A stretch of DNA of 63,558 bases, counting the filler, from Candidatus Tectimicrobiota bacterium (GTDB taxonomy: Bacteria; JACPSX01): the NCBI GenBank assembly GCA_016193065.1. It is 9 parts of 9 records of this genome, joined end to end, with 100 filler letters (N's around TTAATTAATTAA, not from the genome) between each part and the next. Parts side by side here need not be neighbours in the genome. Positions count along the whole stretch, not along the records: positions 32,589 to 39,442 come from JACPSX010000168.1; positions 39,543 to 44,452 come from JACPSX010000216.1; positions 44,553 to 50,019 come from JACPSX010000192.1; 6 more parts are not named here. The stretch is one strand, 5' to 3'. Below are positions 38,130 through 47,461 of this stretch, one piece after another. Under the pieces are notes generated by a model. The model had not been told where the DNA came from. It did no database searches and worked only from the letters and a program-made list of their open reading frames with translations. The translations under genes and the position numbers were made by a program. The first letter of the stretch is position 1; every line of letters starts with the position of its first letter.

Positions 38130-39014
38130 ATGGTTTTTCGCAAGATCGGGGTACTCGGTTGCGGGCTCATGGGCTCACGCATTGCCCAGGTATCGGCCGC
38201 CGCGGGTTACGAAGTGTGGGTCCGGGAGGTGGAACAGCGATTTCTCGACAAGGGGTTTGACACCCTCAAAAAGTCCATGAACCGGGAGGTAGAGAAAGGA
38301 AAGCTCAAGTCGGAGGACATGGAGCGCACCTTGGCCCGCTTGCACGGGACTCTGCACCTGGAAGATCTCAAGGACTGCGGGTTGATCATCGAGGCGGCGG
38401 TGGAAGACATCCAGATCAAGAGGGATCTGTTCTCCGCGCTGGATCGGCTTTGCGGCCCCGAGACCATCCTGGCCAGCAACACCTCCTCACTGACGGTCAT
38501 CGAGATGGCGGCGGCCACACAGAGGGCGGACCGGGTTGTGGGGCTTCATTTCTTCAACCCCGCCCACGTGATGAAGCTGGTGGAGGTGGTGCAGACCATC
38601 GCCACGAGCGCTGAGACCTTCGGCAAGGCCTTTGATTTCGTCCGTTCCATCGACAAAGTCCCCATTGCCGCCAAGGACCGCTCGGGGTTTATCGTGAACC
38701 TGCTCCTGGTTCCCTATCTCCTGGACGCGATCCGGGCCTTGGAAAGCGGCCTGGCCAGCATCGAGGATATCGACACGGGGATGAAACTGGGCTGCGGCTA
38801 TCCCATGGGCCCCTTCACGCTGCTGGATTTTGTGGGTCTGGACACCACGTACCGGATCGCCAACATCATGTACGAGGAGTACCGGGAGGGAAAGTATGCG
38901 CCTCCACCCTTGCTGCGGAAGATGGTACTGGCGGGCTACTACGGCACGAAGTCGGGGAAGGGGTTTTACGATTATGCGGGGGAGAAGCCCGTGGTCAACA
39001 AAATGGTCATTTAG
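38130..39014 (+). CDS. hbd: 3-hydroxybutyryl-CoA dehydrogenase
   Basis: GCGLMG, SNTSSL, GLHFFNP, GFIVN, YPMGP, KSGKGFY. Confidence 0.93.
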   Translation: MVFRKIGVLGCGLMGSRIAQVSAAAGYEVWVREVEQRFLDKGFDTLKKSMNREVEKGKLKSEDMERTLARLHGTLHLEDLKDCGLIIEAAVEDIQIKRDLFSALDRLCGPETILASNTSSLTVIEMAAATQRADRVVGLHFFNPAHVMKLVEVVQTIATSAETFGKAFDFVRSIDKVPIAAKDRSGFIVNLLLVPYLLDAIRALESGLASIEDIDTGMKLGCGYPMGPFTLLDFVGLDTTYRIANIMYEEYREGKYAPPPLLRKMVLAGYYGTKSGKGFYDYAGEKPVVNKMVI

Positions 39015-39050
39015 CGACTGCCAGACCGCGCGCCGGCATCGGGAGGAAAC

Positions 39051-39442
39051 ATGGCATACGAGAACATACTCTATCTGGTCGAAGACGGGATCGCCCTCAT
39101 CACCGTAAACCGCCCTAAGGTTCTCAACGCCCTCAACTCAGCCACCTATGAAGAGCTGCGGGAGGCGTTTCTGGCTGTCCAGGGAAATGAGGAGGTCAAG
39201 GCTGTCATCCTGACCGGGAGCGGGGACAAAGCCTTTGTGGCGGGCGCGGACATCAACGAGCTGGCGGTGCAGTCCCCGGTAGGAGCCGCCGAATGTTCCC
39301 GACGCAGGGTGGCTACGCTGGACCTGATCGAGAATCTGGGGAAGCCCGTCCTTGCCGCCGTCAACGGCTTTGCCTTGGGGGGAGGGTGCGAGCTGGCCAT
39401 GGCCTGTCATATCCGGATCGCCTCCACTTCCGCCAGCTTCGG
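39051..39442 (+). CDS. crt: Enoyl-CoA hydratase (crotonase), 3' truncated
   Basis: NRPKVLNAL, AFVAGADI, GFALGGGCELA. Confidence 0.9.
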
Positions 39443-39542
39443 NNNNNNNNNNNNNNNNNNNNNNNNNNNNNNNNNNNNNNNNNNNNTTAATTAATTAANN
39501 NNNNNNNNNNNNNNNNNNNNNNNNNNNNNNNNNNNNNNNNNN

Positions 39543-39801
39543 CGGGAAGAGTCCTTGAAGCAGGAGATTGGGATCCTTCACGGGCACGGGATTTTACTTC
39601 TAACGCATCCCTCACCCGCTCCAGATCAAAGCGAATGGCTTTGTTCCCGATCCTCAAGCAGGAGATCTCTCCAGCTCTGGCCAGGCGATAGACCGTTTGT
39701 TCGTTGAGCTGGAGAGCCGCGGCTACCTCTTTCGCTGTCCAGAGGCGGACTCTCTTCCCTTCAGAGACAGGTCTTGCATCATCTAAGCTGCGTTTTGGCA
39801 T
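39543..39801 (-). CDS. Excisionase-type HTH (HTH_17) domain protein, 3' truncated
   Basis: LWTAKEVAAALQLNEQTVYRLARAGEI...RIG...IRF; promoter TTGACA-17-TACTCT upstream. Confidence 0.8.
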
Positions 39802-39997
39802 TTACCGTCCTTCCCATATCTTTTGATGTATTTTAGAGTACTTACCTTTCACACTGTTGTCAAGGAGAAATCTGAAAACCCCAGGAAACAGCAAAAAAGC
39901 CCTCCTTTTCCAGAGGGCCAGCCTTCCCCTCGCCCCCATTGGGGGAGAGAGTCTGGGTGAGGGGGTCCGCTTTCTGGCTCTTAGCTCTTAGCTCTTT

Positions 39998-40310
39998 CTA
40001 CGATGCGGCAGAAATTACGACTCCTCCCCCCTCGCGGGGGATTCAGGTGGGGGGGGCTCTGTCGCCGAGCCTTCTCGCGCTGGAGAAGACTTTTCACGCG
40101 GCTCTCCAGAATATTCTCTATTACATTTCCTCCCCCCTGGCGGGGGAGGATACAGGTAGAGGGGACCTCCATCGGCCCCCATGGCGAGGACCTGACTGAG
40201 GGTCGTCGTGTCCGCCGAGTTCGCCAGCAAAACGATCGGGAGATTCTCGCTCCCGTTCTCCCGCTTAATCTTCTCGCGAAAGTTGGCAGAGGAAACCCTT
40301 GATCGGAGGA
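39998..40310 (-). pseudogene. Response-regulator 3'-end fragment, copy 1, interrupted by two REP hairpins
   Basis: LPIVLLANSADTTTLSQVLAMGAD [REP] ILESRVKSLLQREKARRQ [REP] AAS*. Confidence 0.75.
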
Positions 40311-40319
40311 CTGCTGGTT

Positions 40320-40628
40320 TCAGGTAGATGGAAACCGTACGAAATGACCGTACTGCTCGAAGTGAGCGTCGAAAGCAAAGGCCGAATCGAGGTGGAGGCG
40401 CTCCATCACCACCTCTTCGTTCCACAGCCGTTGCCCGAAGCGCGTGGCAGCGGCGTGGCCCAAGTGTCTCTTCACCAGAGTGACAGTCTCGTCAAGAACG
40501 TAGGTGCTGGTCACAAAGGGAGCGGTCACCTGCCGGGCAAACCGAATCGCTGCAGGATGATTCCGGTCGGTCCGATCAAGGATAGCGTACCACGCACTCG
40601 TGTCTACGAACAGAAGGATAGGCGGCAT
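40320..40628 (-). pseudogene. vapC: VapC PIN toxin with an internal in-frame deletion
   Basis: FVDTSAW, VLDETVTL and AFAFDAHF are present; the usual SFTDC segment is missing (NEEV|VMERL). Confidence 0.75.
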
Positions 40629-40631
40629 GAA

Positions 40632-40859
40632 CTATCGCGGCGGAGGGCACAGAAACTCGTCGTGGCGGGCAGAGACTCCGGACTCCTGGGATTCGCCGAT
40701 GCCAATCAGACTTTCCAGTGCGGCCCGCTGCGCCACCGCTACTTTCCCAGGCTCATCGGGCAGAAGGAGCAGATACACACGCTCGTTTTCCCCCAGATTG
40801 ACCGGTTCAAGAGGCCGGAAGATCCCCCGCTCGTAGACTGCTTGAACAAAGCTCGTCAT
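40632..40859 (-). CDS. DUF104/AF2212-like antitoxin
   Basis: VQAVYERGIFRPLEPVNLGENERV; C-terminal SARHDEFL. Confidence 0.85.
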   Translation of the reverse strand: MTSFVQAVYERGIFRPLEPVNLGENERVYLLLLPDEPGKVAVAQRAALESLIGIGESQESGVSARHDEFLCPPPR

Positions 40860-41198
40860 TCTCTTCCCCTATTCTGGAAATTCAAATGCGCCTTGCCTAC
40901 ACAGCATTATACCCCCTCAGTGAAAAAGAAACCAACCAGCTCTGGGTCAGCAAGAGCTCGGCCAGATAACTCCCGTCTTGACCCGTAATCCCCGTGATCA
41001 GCGCCTTCTTGGGCATAAAGTCTCCTGCTATGGGGCATTTCGCGTTGTCTATCTCCTACCAATTCTGTTATCATGGAAACACCAACTGCTCTGAAAAGGC
41101 TTGCCCGCTCCCCCTCTGCGGGGGAAAGATAGGTGGGGGGCATTTTCATGGTATACAGGGGAGCCGAAGGCTCATGACACTCAAAGGAGGTAAGATCA

Positions 41199-41450
41199 TT
41201 GGCTCAGGCGATGCAAATAGAAGCCATACGGACAACTTACCCGGATGAGTGGATCGCAGCGGAGATTCACGATGTGACCAGAGCAGAGGTTCCTCGCACC
41301 GCTACGGTCATTGCTCACAGCACTGAGAAAAATCGTGCATATCGCGCTGCCAAGGAATACCTGGCCCGCAACTCTCAGGCCCGCCTTTTCATATTCTTTA
41401 CCGGAGATCCAATCCCGGCAGACCTAGAGGTCGCTCTTGCCATCAGCTAG
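41199..41450 (+). CDS. Small protein (DUF5678-like), partner of the aspartyl protease
   Basis: GGAGG before TTG; YPDEWIA...VIAHS...FFTG pattern. Confidence 0.7.
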   Translation: MAQAMQIEAIRTTYPDEWIAAEIHDVTRAEVPRTATVIAHSTEKNRAYRAAKEYLARNSQARLFIFFTGDPIPADLEVALAIS

Positions 41451-41829
41451 CCGGATCAAGGGCCGATTTGCCCATGGCGGGGTCCTGCTGATCCCCATCA
41501 GCGTGCATGGCCAGCATTTTGAATTCCTCCTCGACACAGGAGCTGCGTACACTGCCGTAAGCCGAGAAATCGCGGATCTCTTGGATCTCAAAACGTATCC
41601 CGACCTCACCTTGTTGATTGCCCCCGCGCAGGGTCAAACGATCAGGGTTCCCGTGGCTACTCTAGCTGATTTGTCGGTCGGAGGGATGCACTTGAGCAAT
41701 GTCAGGGTCGTTATCCTTGAATTTCCCGACAGGCTCAAATTAGACGGACTCCTCGGCATGAACGTTCTCAGGAATTTCCGATTTACGATAGAGCCCGATA
41801 CAGCAACCTTGGTAACCCGCAATCTTTAA
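41437..41829 (+). CDS. Retropepsin-like (clan AA) aspartyl protease
   Basis: FLLDTGA catalytic motif, GLLGMNVL. Confidence 0.9.
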   Translation: MPSASRIKGRFAHGGVLLIPISVHGQHFEFLLDTGAAYTAVSREIADLLDLKTYPDLTLLIAPAQGQTIRVPVATLADLSVGGMHLSNVRVVILEFPDRLKLDGLLGMNVLRNFRFTIEPDTATLVTRNL

Positions 41830-42227
41830 TCCCCGTAAAGGTGGGGCCGCTCGTAGCACTACCGGCTTCGTCTCGAAGGCTCCCGCTTCTCACCAGAAGT
41901 TCCAGGCACTACCGCTTCATTGCGCACATCACATTGATTCATCCTTCCGAGCTCTAGCCTCTTCCGAGAGATCCTCATCAATCTTCACCCAGTCATGGTT
42001 CTTCCTGCTCATCCGACACCCCCAGCTTCGTTGCAGACGTGCGCACCACGCGCACGCCTTCATGTGCCGGAGTGTATCACTCGTGACCTTCAGCCGTGGA
42101 AGATGGGTTCTCCGGACGGATGTTCACGCTGGGCAGGTGAAAATCGAGGATCACCAGGTGGGGCTCGCACTCCTTCACCCGCAAGAGAGCCTGCCGGAGT
42201 CACGGATAGAGAGTACTCAATGACAAC

Positions 42228-42719
42228 CTACAATTCCCCTGCTTGGGCCAGCACCATCGCCACGAGTTCTTCGCTAACCCATAGCCCGCAACCACGCATC
42301 TCTTCCATGAGCGGCCGGACAGCTTTGAGATACCCGCCCTGTTTGGCCTTAATGAGCAAACCCATAGTTCCGGTGTAACTGAGGCGGTTGAGAGCAGCTA
42401 CCCGGCGTGCTAATGAGTCATCTAGGATCAGCAAGCTTCCTGGATACTCCAATCCCGGGCCAATGACCTCAGCTTCTCCGGCCCCCAAATCTACAATAGC
42501 AGGAATGAGTGCCCGTGATTGAACCGACCTCATTTCAATCCATGGCAGTGCTGCGAAATTGGGAACCTCCACCTTTGCCCGTCTGCCGGCCTCCAGCTCA
42601 GCCCGCACAGCAGGAGGAATCACAATAGTCCCGTAAAGATTCCGCAACAAATCGAGGCGGCCAACCTGATTCAAATAGAATAGGGGAGAAGTATCAGCAA
42701 TGACGAGCCGCTCAGGCAT
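42228..42719 (-). CDS. DUF3368 PIN-domain protein
   Basis: IADTSPL, LGAGEAE, ILDDSLAR, GTMGLLIKAK. Confidence 0.9.
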   Translation of the reverse strand: MPERLVIADTSPLFYLNQVGRLDLLRNLYGTIVIPPAVRAELEAGRRAKVEVPNFAALPWIEMRSVQSRALIPAIVDLGAGEAEVIGPGLEYPGSLLILDDSLARRVAALNRLSYTGTMGLLIKAKQGGYLKAVRPLMEEMRGCGLWVSEELVAMVLAQAGEL

Positions 42720-42963
42720 TCTCCGCGTCCGAAGCGAGCTCCTCGGCGGTCAGGGTAAATGGGGAAACTCGGTATTGGCCTAGCACGGAAAGAAATTCTA
42801 CGCGCGGTATCCCGGCCAACTGGGCAGCCCGCCCAGAAGATAACTTCCCCAGCTCGAATAACTTCACGGCGGCCAGCAGGCGCAGATCCCGAGAAAACGC
42901 TTCAGGATCCCTCTTCAAGCTGATAAGGGTTTCTTCAGGAATCTCAACTTGTAGAATGGGCAT
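42712..42963 (-). CDS. UPF0175 family antitoxin-like protein
   Basis: AVKLFELGKLSSGRAAQLAGIPRVEF. Confidence 0.9.
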   Translation of the reverse strand: MPILQVEIPEETLISLKRDPEAFSRDLRLLAAVKLFELGKLSSGRAAQLAGIPRVEFLSVLGQYRVSPFTLTAEELASDAENA

Positions 42964-43076
42964 CGAAATTCCCCCATCAATAAAATCAAATATATCACTG
43001 AAATCCCCACTATACAACCTCCAAAGCAGCCCCCGTTGCGTAAGGAAAATTCACCCTTCAATCTCCTCCCTTCTGG

Positions 43077-43281
43077 GAGACTGTGTCGCAATCCGCCGTT
43101 CGCCCTTCGACCTGTCCGCGCCTGCCTGCCCCGCTGGGGCGGTAGGCAGGTGCAACGCACAGGCAGGCAAGCTCAGGACGAACGGGTAAGTGGTTGGATT
43201 TCCGGGTGTCATCGTCCGTTCGTGGTGAGCCTCCTGAGCCCGTCGAAGGGCGAACCATGAACGGACTTATGACACAGTCTC
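43077..43281. mobile_element. MITE with GAGACTGTGTC terminal inverted repeats (TIRs) and a 3-bp TGG target duplication, carrying nested palindromes
   Basis: TGG|GAGACTGTGTCGCAA...TTATGACACAGTCTC|TGG inside a REP hairpin. Confidence 0.82.
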
Positions 43282-43396
43282 TGGCGGGGGAGGACACAGG
43301 TGGGAGGCAAAATAATCCCCTCGCCCCCATTTGGGGGAGAGGGTCTGGGTGAGGGGGTCCGCTTTCTGGCTCTTAGCTCTTAGCTCTTAGCTCTTT

Positions 43397-43555
43397 CTAC
43401 GATGCAGCGGGCTGGGAGGGGGCCTGGCGCCGGGCCTTCTCGCGCTGCAGGAGGCTTTTCACGCGAGTTTCCAGGATGCTGACAGGGATGGGTTTGTAGA
43501 GCCGGTCATCGGCTCCCATGGCCAGGACTTGATTGAGGCTCGTCGTGTGCCGCCA
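43397..43555 (-). pseudogene. Response-regulator 3'-end fragment, copy 2, uninterrupted
   Basis: TTSLNQVLAMGADDRLYKPIPVSILETRVKSLLQREKARRQAPSQPAAS*; the GADD..YKP receiver-domain signature. Confidence 0.8.
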
Positions 43556-43575
43556 AGAGTGAGACCAACGCAAAC

Positions 43576-43836
43576 TCAGACGACCTCGGAAACTTCGATC
43601 CGCACCTGATAGCCAAGGCGGGAGAGAAACTCTTTGCAGTCCTCCCACGCCAGGCCGAACTCTCTCACATCGGCAAGTCCGAGACGACTAATGGTATCCC
43701 GCAACGCCTCAAAATTGCTTTCCTCAAATTCGCCTTCCATCATCGCCTGCTCCGCCCACTCAACCAGTTCTTCCAACGTAAGGCGGTGATGAAGGTAATC
43801 CGTCAGTCTCGCCGCGACGTCCTGGCGTGTAATCAT
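43576..43836 (-). CDS. Acidic alpha-helical hypothetical protein (candidate antitoxin/immunity protein)
   Basis: 86 aa; ATGA overlap with the upstream gene; GAGGAG RBS. Confidence 0.75.
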   Translation of the reverse strand: MITRQDVAARLTDYLHHRLTLEELVEWAEQAMMEGEFEESNFEALRDTISRLGLADVREFGLAWEDCKEFLSRLGYQVRIEVSEVV

Positions 43837-44093
43837 ACTCCCTCACCTCCCTCGACTACTCTATGGCCCAAATCGATCGGGTACTTCTCGTGAACTTCCA
43901 CGAGTTTGTCCTGATCATCGTAGATTTCTTGATAAAACCGTATCGTCCGTTCGGCAATATCCACTTCTTTCACGTATTTCGCTTTCCACATGTGGCGACC
44001 TTTGACTTCATACCAGTATCGCCGGCCACCACCTGGCAATTCTTCCCATGATCCGAACGTTTTCTCATTCTGGCGCCGCCTTGGTTCATCCAT
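43833..44093 (-). CDS. Beta-rich hypothetical protein (candidate toxin)
   Basis: 86 aa; translationally coupled to the next gene; AT-rich upstream region with TATACT. Confidence 0.75.
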   Translation of the reverse strand: MDEPRRRQNEKTFGSWEELPGGGRRYWYEVKGRHMWKAKYVKEVDIAERTIRFYQEIYDDQDKLVEVHEKYPIDLGHRVVEGGEGV

Positions 44094-44269
44094 CTAGAAC
44101 TGCCGAAGATCCTCTCATATCATGGGCGGAACCCGGGGTTCCCCTTAACCGAGTAACAAATAAAAGTATAACACATTGATTTGGATGTCTTTGGTTTAAA
44201 AGACCAATTTGCCCTGGCTGGTGAGTGTGAAGGGGAAAAGCCACGCCAATTAGATTTCCTCCCCCCTCG

Positions 44270-44370
44270 GAGACTGTGTCATAAGTCCGTTCATGGTTCG
44301 ACAGGCCTGTCCTGCACCCGGAAGCCGGGTACCCGGTCGAAGGGCGAACGGTGGATTGCGACACAGTCTC
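44270..44370. mobile_element. MITE with GAGACTGTGTC TIRs and a 3-bp TCG target duplication
   Basis: TCG|GAGACTGTGTCATAA...TTGCGACACAGTCTC|TCG in a REP loop; an empty paralogous site lies at 40126-40164. Confidence 0.85.
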
Positions 44371-44396
44371 TCGCGGGGGAGGATTCAGGTGGGGGG

Positions 44397-44452
44397 GACC
44401 TCCATCGGCCCCCATGGCGAGGACCTGACTGAGGGTCGTCGTGTCCGCCGAG
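44397..44452 (-). repeat. Response-regulator 3'-end fragment, copy 3, at the contig end
   Basis: 56 nt identical to 40164-40219. Confidence 0.85.
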
Positions 44453-44552
44453 NNNNNNNNNNNNNNNNNNNNNNNNNNNNNNNNNNNNNNNNNNNNTTAA
44501 TTAATTAANNNNNNNNNNNNNNNNNNNNNNNNNNNNNNNNNNNNNNNNNNNN

Positions 44553-44758
44553 AAGCGATCCACCAGAGCGCCCGTCAGCGGGGAAGCAATGCCGTCGACG
44601 ATGCTCCCCAGCGAAAAAACTCCCGCCGTCGAGGCCCGGCTCCAGCGAAAGGTCTCCGCCAGCACCGGATAAAACACGGTGAACGTGACCTGCATACCCC
44701 GGGAAATGGCGAGAGTGAAAAAAGAGAACAGGACAATCCACCAGCGGTACGCGAGCAT
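44553..44758 (-). CDS. MFS transporter, N-terminal fragment
   Basis: YRWWIV...FRWSRASTAGVFS...GALVDR (start of motif A). Confidence 0.82.
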
Positions 44759-44956
44759 CCTCGAATCCCAAGCTCAAAGCAGACACAAGAGAGGTGAGGG
44801 GTTTGGGTTCCATTGAGCATCAGGCACACTAAATGCCCCACGGGGAGATGTCAAACGGTTTTCGTTACGGACATGAGGAGGAGAGCTCTGACTCTTTCGC
44901 TACCTACCGGTTTCGTGTCTTCGCAGTCCAGGACACCCGACTATGGGATTTGCATG

Positions 44957-45718
44957 TTAGTGCGACGCAAGCAGGAAGCGCTTGCGGAGCCAACCACTGA
45001 TCCCATCCATGACCAGGACGACTGCCAGGATCAGCAGGAGGAGGGTGGCCAGGCGCTGGTAATCCAGCGTCTGAAGATAGACCTGCATGACGAAACCAAT
45101 GCCTCCCGCGCCCACAAAGCCCAGGACGGAAGAGGCCCGGATGTTGTACTCCAGCATGAAGAGGAGTTGGGCCACAAGGGCGTTTGCCCCCTCCGGGAGC
45201 ACCACGAAGCGCACCAGGTGAAGCCTGGAGGCCCCAACTCCCCGCACGGCCTCCAGCACCTCGGGATCCGTGCCCTCAAAGAGTTCCGCGTAGATCTTGG
45301 CCAGGTAGCCTACCGTGTAGACGGCGATGCCCAGGGTGCCCGCCAGAGGCCCCAGGCCCACCAGGATAACAAAGATGATCGCCCAGAGGAGAACAGGAAT
45401 GGTGCGGACTGCCGCAGCAATCAGCCTCGCCAGAGCGGGAACAGGCTCCGGGAACAGGCGCCTTGTGCCTAGAATGCTCAGGGGAAGGGAGACCAGGAAG
45501 CCGAGAACTGTCCCGGCAAAAGACATCTGCACGGTCTCCAACAGAGCCTTGCCCGCCACGGGGAGAACCCCCATGTCCGGGGGAACCATCTCACCGGCAA
45601 AGCGTCCCAGGTTCAGCAGGCCCTTACCCAGGCGCTGGACGTCAAAAAAGCCCAACTGGCCCAGAACCACTCCCTGCAGCAGGCTAACCAGCCCAATGAC
45701 CCAAAAGTCCCGCTTCAC
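44957..45718 (-). CDS. phnE: PhnE-like ABC permease
   Basis: RTIPVLLWA, EAVRGVGA (EAA loop), EYNIRASSVLGFVGAGGIG. Confidence 0.9.
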   Translation of the reverse strand: MKRDFWVIGLVSLLQGVVLGQLGFFDVQRLGKGLLNLGRFAGEMVPPDMGVLPVAGKALLETVQMSFAGTVLGFLVSLPLSILGTRRLFPEPVPALARLIAAAVRTIPVLLWAIIFVILVGLGPLAGTLGIAVYTVGYLAKIYAELFEGTDPEVLEAVRGVGASRLHLVRFVVLPEGANALVAQLLFMLEYNIRASSVLGFVGAGGIGFVMQVYLQTLDYQRLATLLLLILAVVLVMDGISGWLRKRFLLASH

Positions 45719-46455
45719 TGGACGACCTCCGTGAAGCGATCCAAGTTGACCTCCTGGGCCGAGCACTCATGGAGGACCTGGCCATTGCTGACCATCAAGA
45801 CCTGATCGCCAAACTCCTGCACCAACTGAACCTCATGCATGTTCATCACGAACGTGATGTCTTCTTGCTCGGCCACCTGTCGCATGAGGGTTAAGATTTC
45901 AGCGGCCCGAGGCAGATCCAGATCGGAAACAAACTCATCGGCCAGCACCAGGCGAGGATGTTGCAGAAGAGTGCGGGCAATGGCGACGCGCTGGCGCTCT
46001 CCCCCACTTAAGCGAAAGACCTTCTCGCGAGCTTTATGACCAATCCCCATGAGATCCATAGCGGCCCTGGCTTGTTCAACCTCGTGGCCCGGGAACAAGC
46101 CCAGAAGCCCTCTGCCGGGGCTGATCCGGCTCAGAGCACCGATCAGCACATTCTCCAGGGCGGTTAAACTCCGCACCAACCCCAACTGTTGGGGGATATA
46201 TCCAATCGCCGGCCGGAGCCCTCTGGAGACACCCCGTTGGATCTCAATCCCCAACACCTCCACTTTCCCCCGCTGGGGCCGCAAAATCCCTGCCATTACC
46301 TTCAGGAGCGTGGTCTTCCCGGAACCCGAGGGCCCCATGATCATCATGACGTTGCGGAGGGAGCAGGCCAGGGAGACATCCTTTAAAATCCAGTCCGGCT
46401 CCCGGTAGGCAAACCATACCCCCTCCGTCCGCAGAGCAACTTTCCCGTTGCGCAT
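45715..46455 (-). CDS. phnC: PhnC-like ABC ATP-binding protein
   Basis: GPSGSGKT, LSGGERQRVAIAR, LADE. Confidence 0.9.
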   Translation of the reverse strand: MRNGKVALRTEGVWFAYREPDWILKDVSLACSLRNVMMIMGPSGSGKTTLLKVMAGILRPQRGKVEVLGIEIQRGVSRGLRPAIGYIPQQLGLVRSLTALENVLIGALSRISPGRGLLGLFPGHEVEQARAAMDLMGIGHKAREKVFRLSGGERQRVAIARTLLQHPRLVLADEFVSDLDLPRAAEILTLMRQVAEQEDITFVMNMHEVQLVQEFGDQVLMVSNGQVLHECSAQEVNLDRFTEVVQ

Positions 46456-46460
46456 CGAGT

Positions 46461-47417
46461 TTACAGACGCTCCGTATACTTAAGGCTGGCCAGTTTCAGG
46501 TAGCGCATCAGGGAGCCCAGATGCTCGGCAGCCGTGGTGGGCTGGAAGCGCACAAAAATGCTGGAGATGAACGCCCGCATCAGGTCCCGGCGATCCGGCT
46601 GGCCCAACTTCATGATGGCCTGGGTGACCTTGGAGCGCAGAGGCTCCTTGATCTCTTTACTAAAAACCACTGCGTGGGAGGGGATTGGCCCTTGCTGATC
46701 CAAAACCCGAGTGGAGGACAGGACCTCTCTGTACAGTTTCTCTGATACATCTCCGGCGGTAATCGTGACATCCACCTGGCCTTGCTTCAAGGCCTGCCAG
46801 CACTGGGCATATCCGCCTCCAAAAAGCACTTCGCTAAAGAAGGCTTTTGGATCCGCCTCCTTCCCCTGGGCCCCTTGGAGAAGGCCCAGTTCGACCAGAC
46901 GGCCCATGGGAGCCACATACCCTGAGGTAGAGATCGGCCCAGGGAAGCAGGCACGCTTCCCTTTGAGGGACTGAAGGCTCTGATAAGGAGACTCAGGGAG
47001 CACCACCCAATAGGAGTAATAGTAAGGAGCCTCCACCTTTTCTTTCCCGTGAATAACCTCACGCACCTCAGCCAGGGCAACCTCGCCCCCTCCCAACTGA
47101 ACGGCAAGTTGAGCCGGCCAGGCTGACATGAAAGCCACCTGGGCGTGGCCAAAGCGCAGGGATTCAACCACCGCCGCATAACTGCTGGGGACATAGATCT
47201 CCACATCGACCTTGCCGCCCAGCTCTTGCTCCAGGAACTGCTCCAGGGGCTTTGCCTTGGCCAACATGTCGCTGGCAGCCTGGGTAGGCTGGATGGCAAT
47301 TACCAGGCGCTCCCTTCCGGGATCGCGCTGGGCAGCCATCCCCTGGGCTCCCAAAAGGGAAACAGCCAACGTGACACTAAATAAATGGATTGCAACCAAT
47401 CTCCACAGTCGTTTCAT
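46461..47417 (-). CDS. phnD: PhnD-like substrate-binding protein
   Basis: Signal peptide, YAAVVESLRFG, STSGYVAP, GPIPSH. Confidence 0.85.
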   Translation of the reverse strand: MKRLWRLVAIHLFSVTLAVSLLGAQGMAAQRDPGRERLVIAIQPTQAASDMLAKAKPLEQFLEQELGGKVDVEIYVPSSYAAVVESLRFGHAQVAFMSAWPAQLAVQLGGGEVALAEVREVIHGKEKVEAPYYYSYWVVLPESPYQSLQSLKGKRACFPGPISTSGYVAPMGRLVELGLLQGAQGKEADPKAFFSEVLFGGGYAQCWQALKQGQVDVTITAGDVSEKLYREVLSSTRVLDQQGPIPSHAVVFSKEIKEPLRSKVTQAIMKLGQPDRRDLMRAFISSIFVRFQPTTAAEHLGSLMRYLKLASLKYTERL

Positions 47418-47461
47418 GGACAACTTCCTCCTCCTAGCCAACAGCCCGTTTGAATCGATCA

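Noticed and set aside
40900-42220. Possible nucleotidyltransferase and antitoxin remnants near 40907-41075 and 41930-42013
   Set aside because: Only faint N-terminal resemblance; too degraded to call
39926-44452. Integron or CRISPR interpretation of the repeat-separated cassettes
   Set aside because: No intI, no attC boxes recognised, no regular short repeat-spacer period and no cas genes
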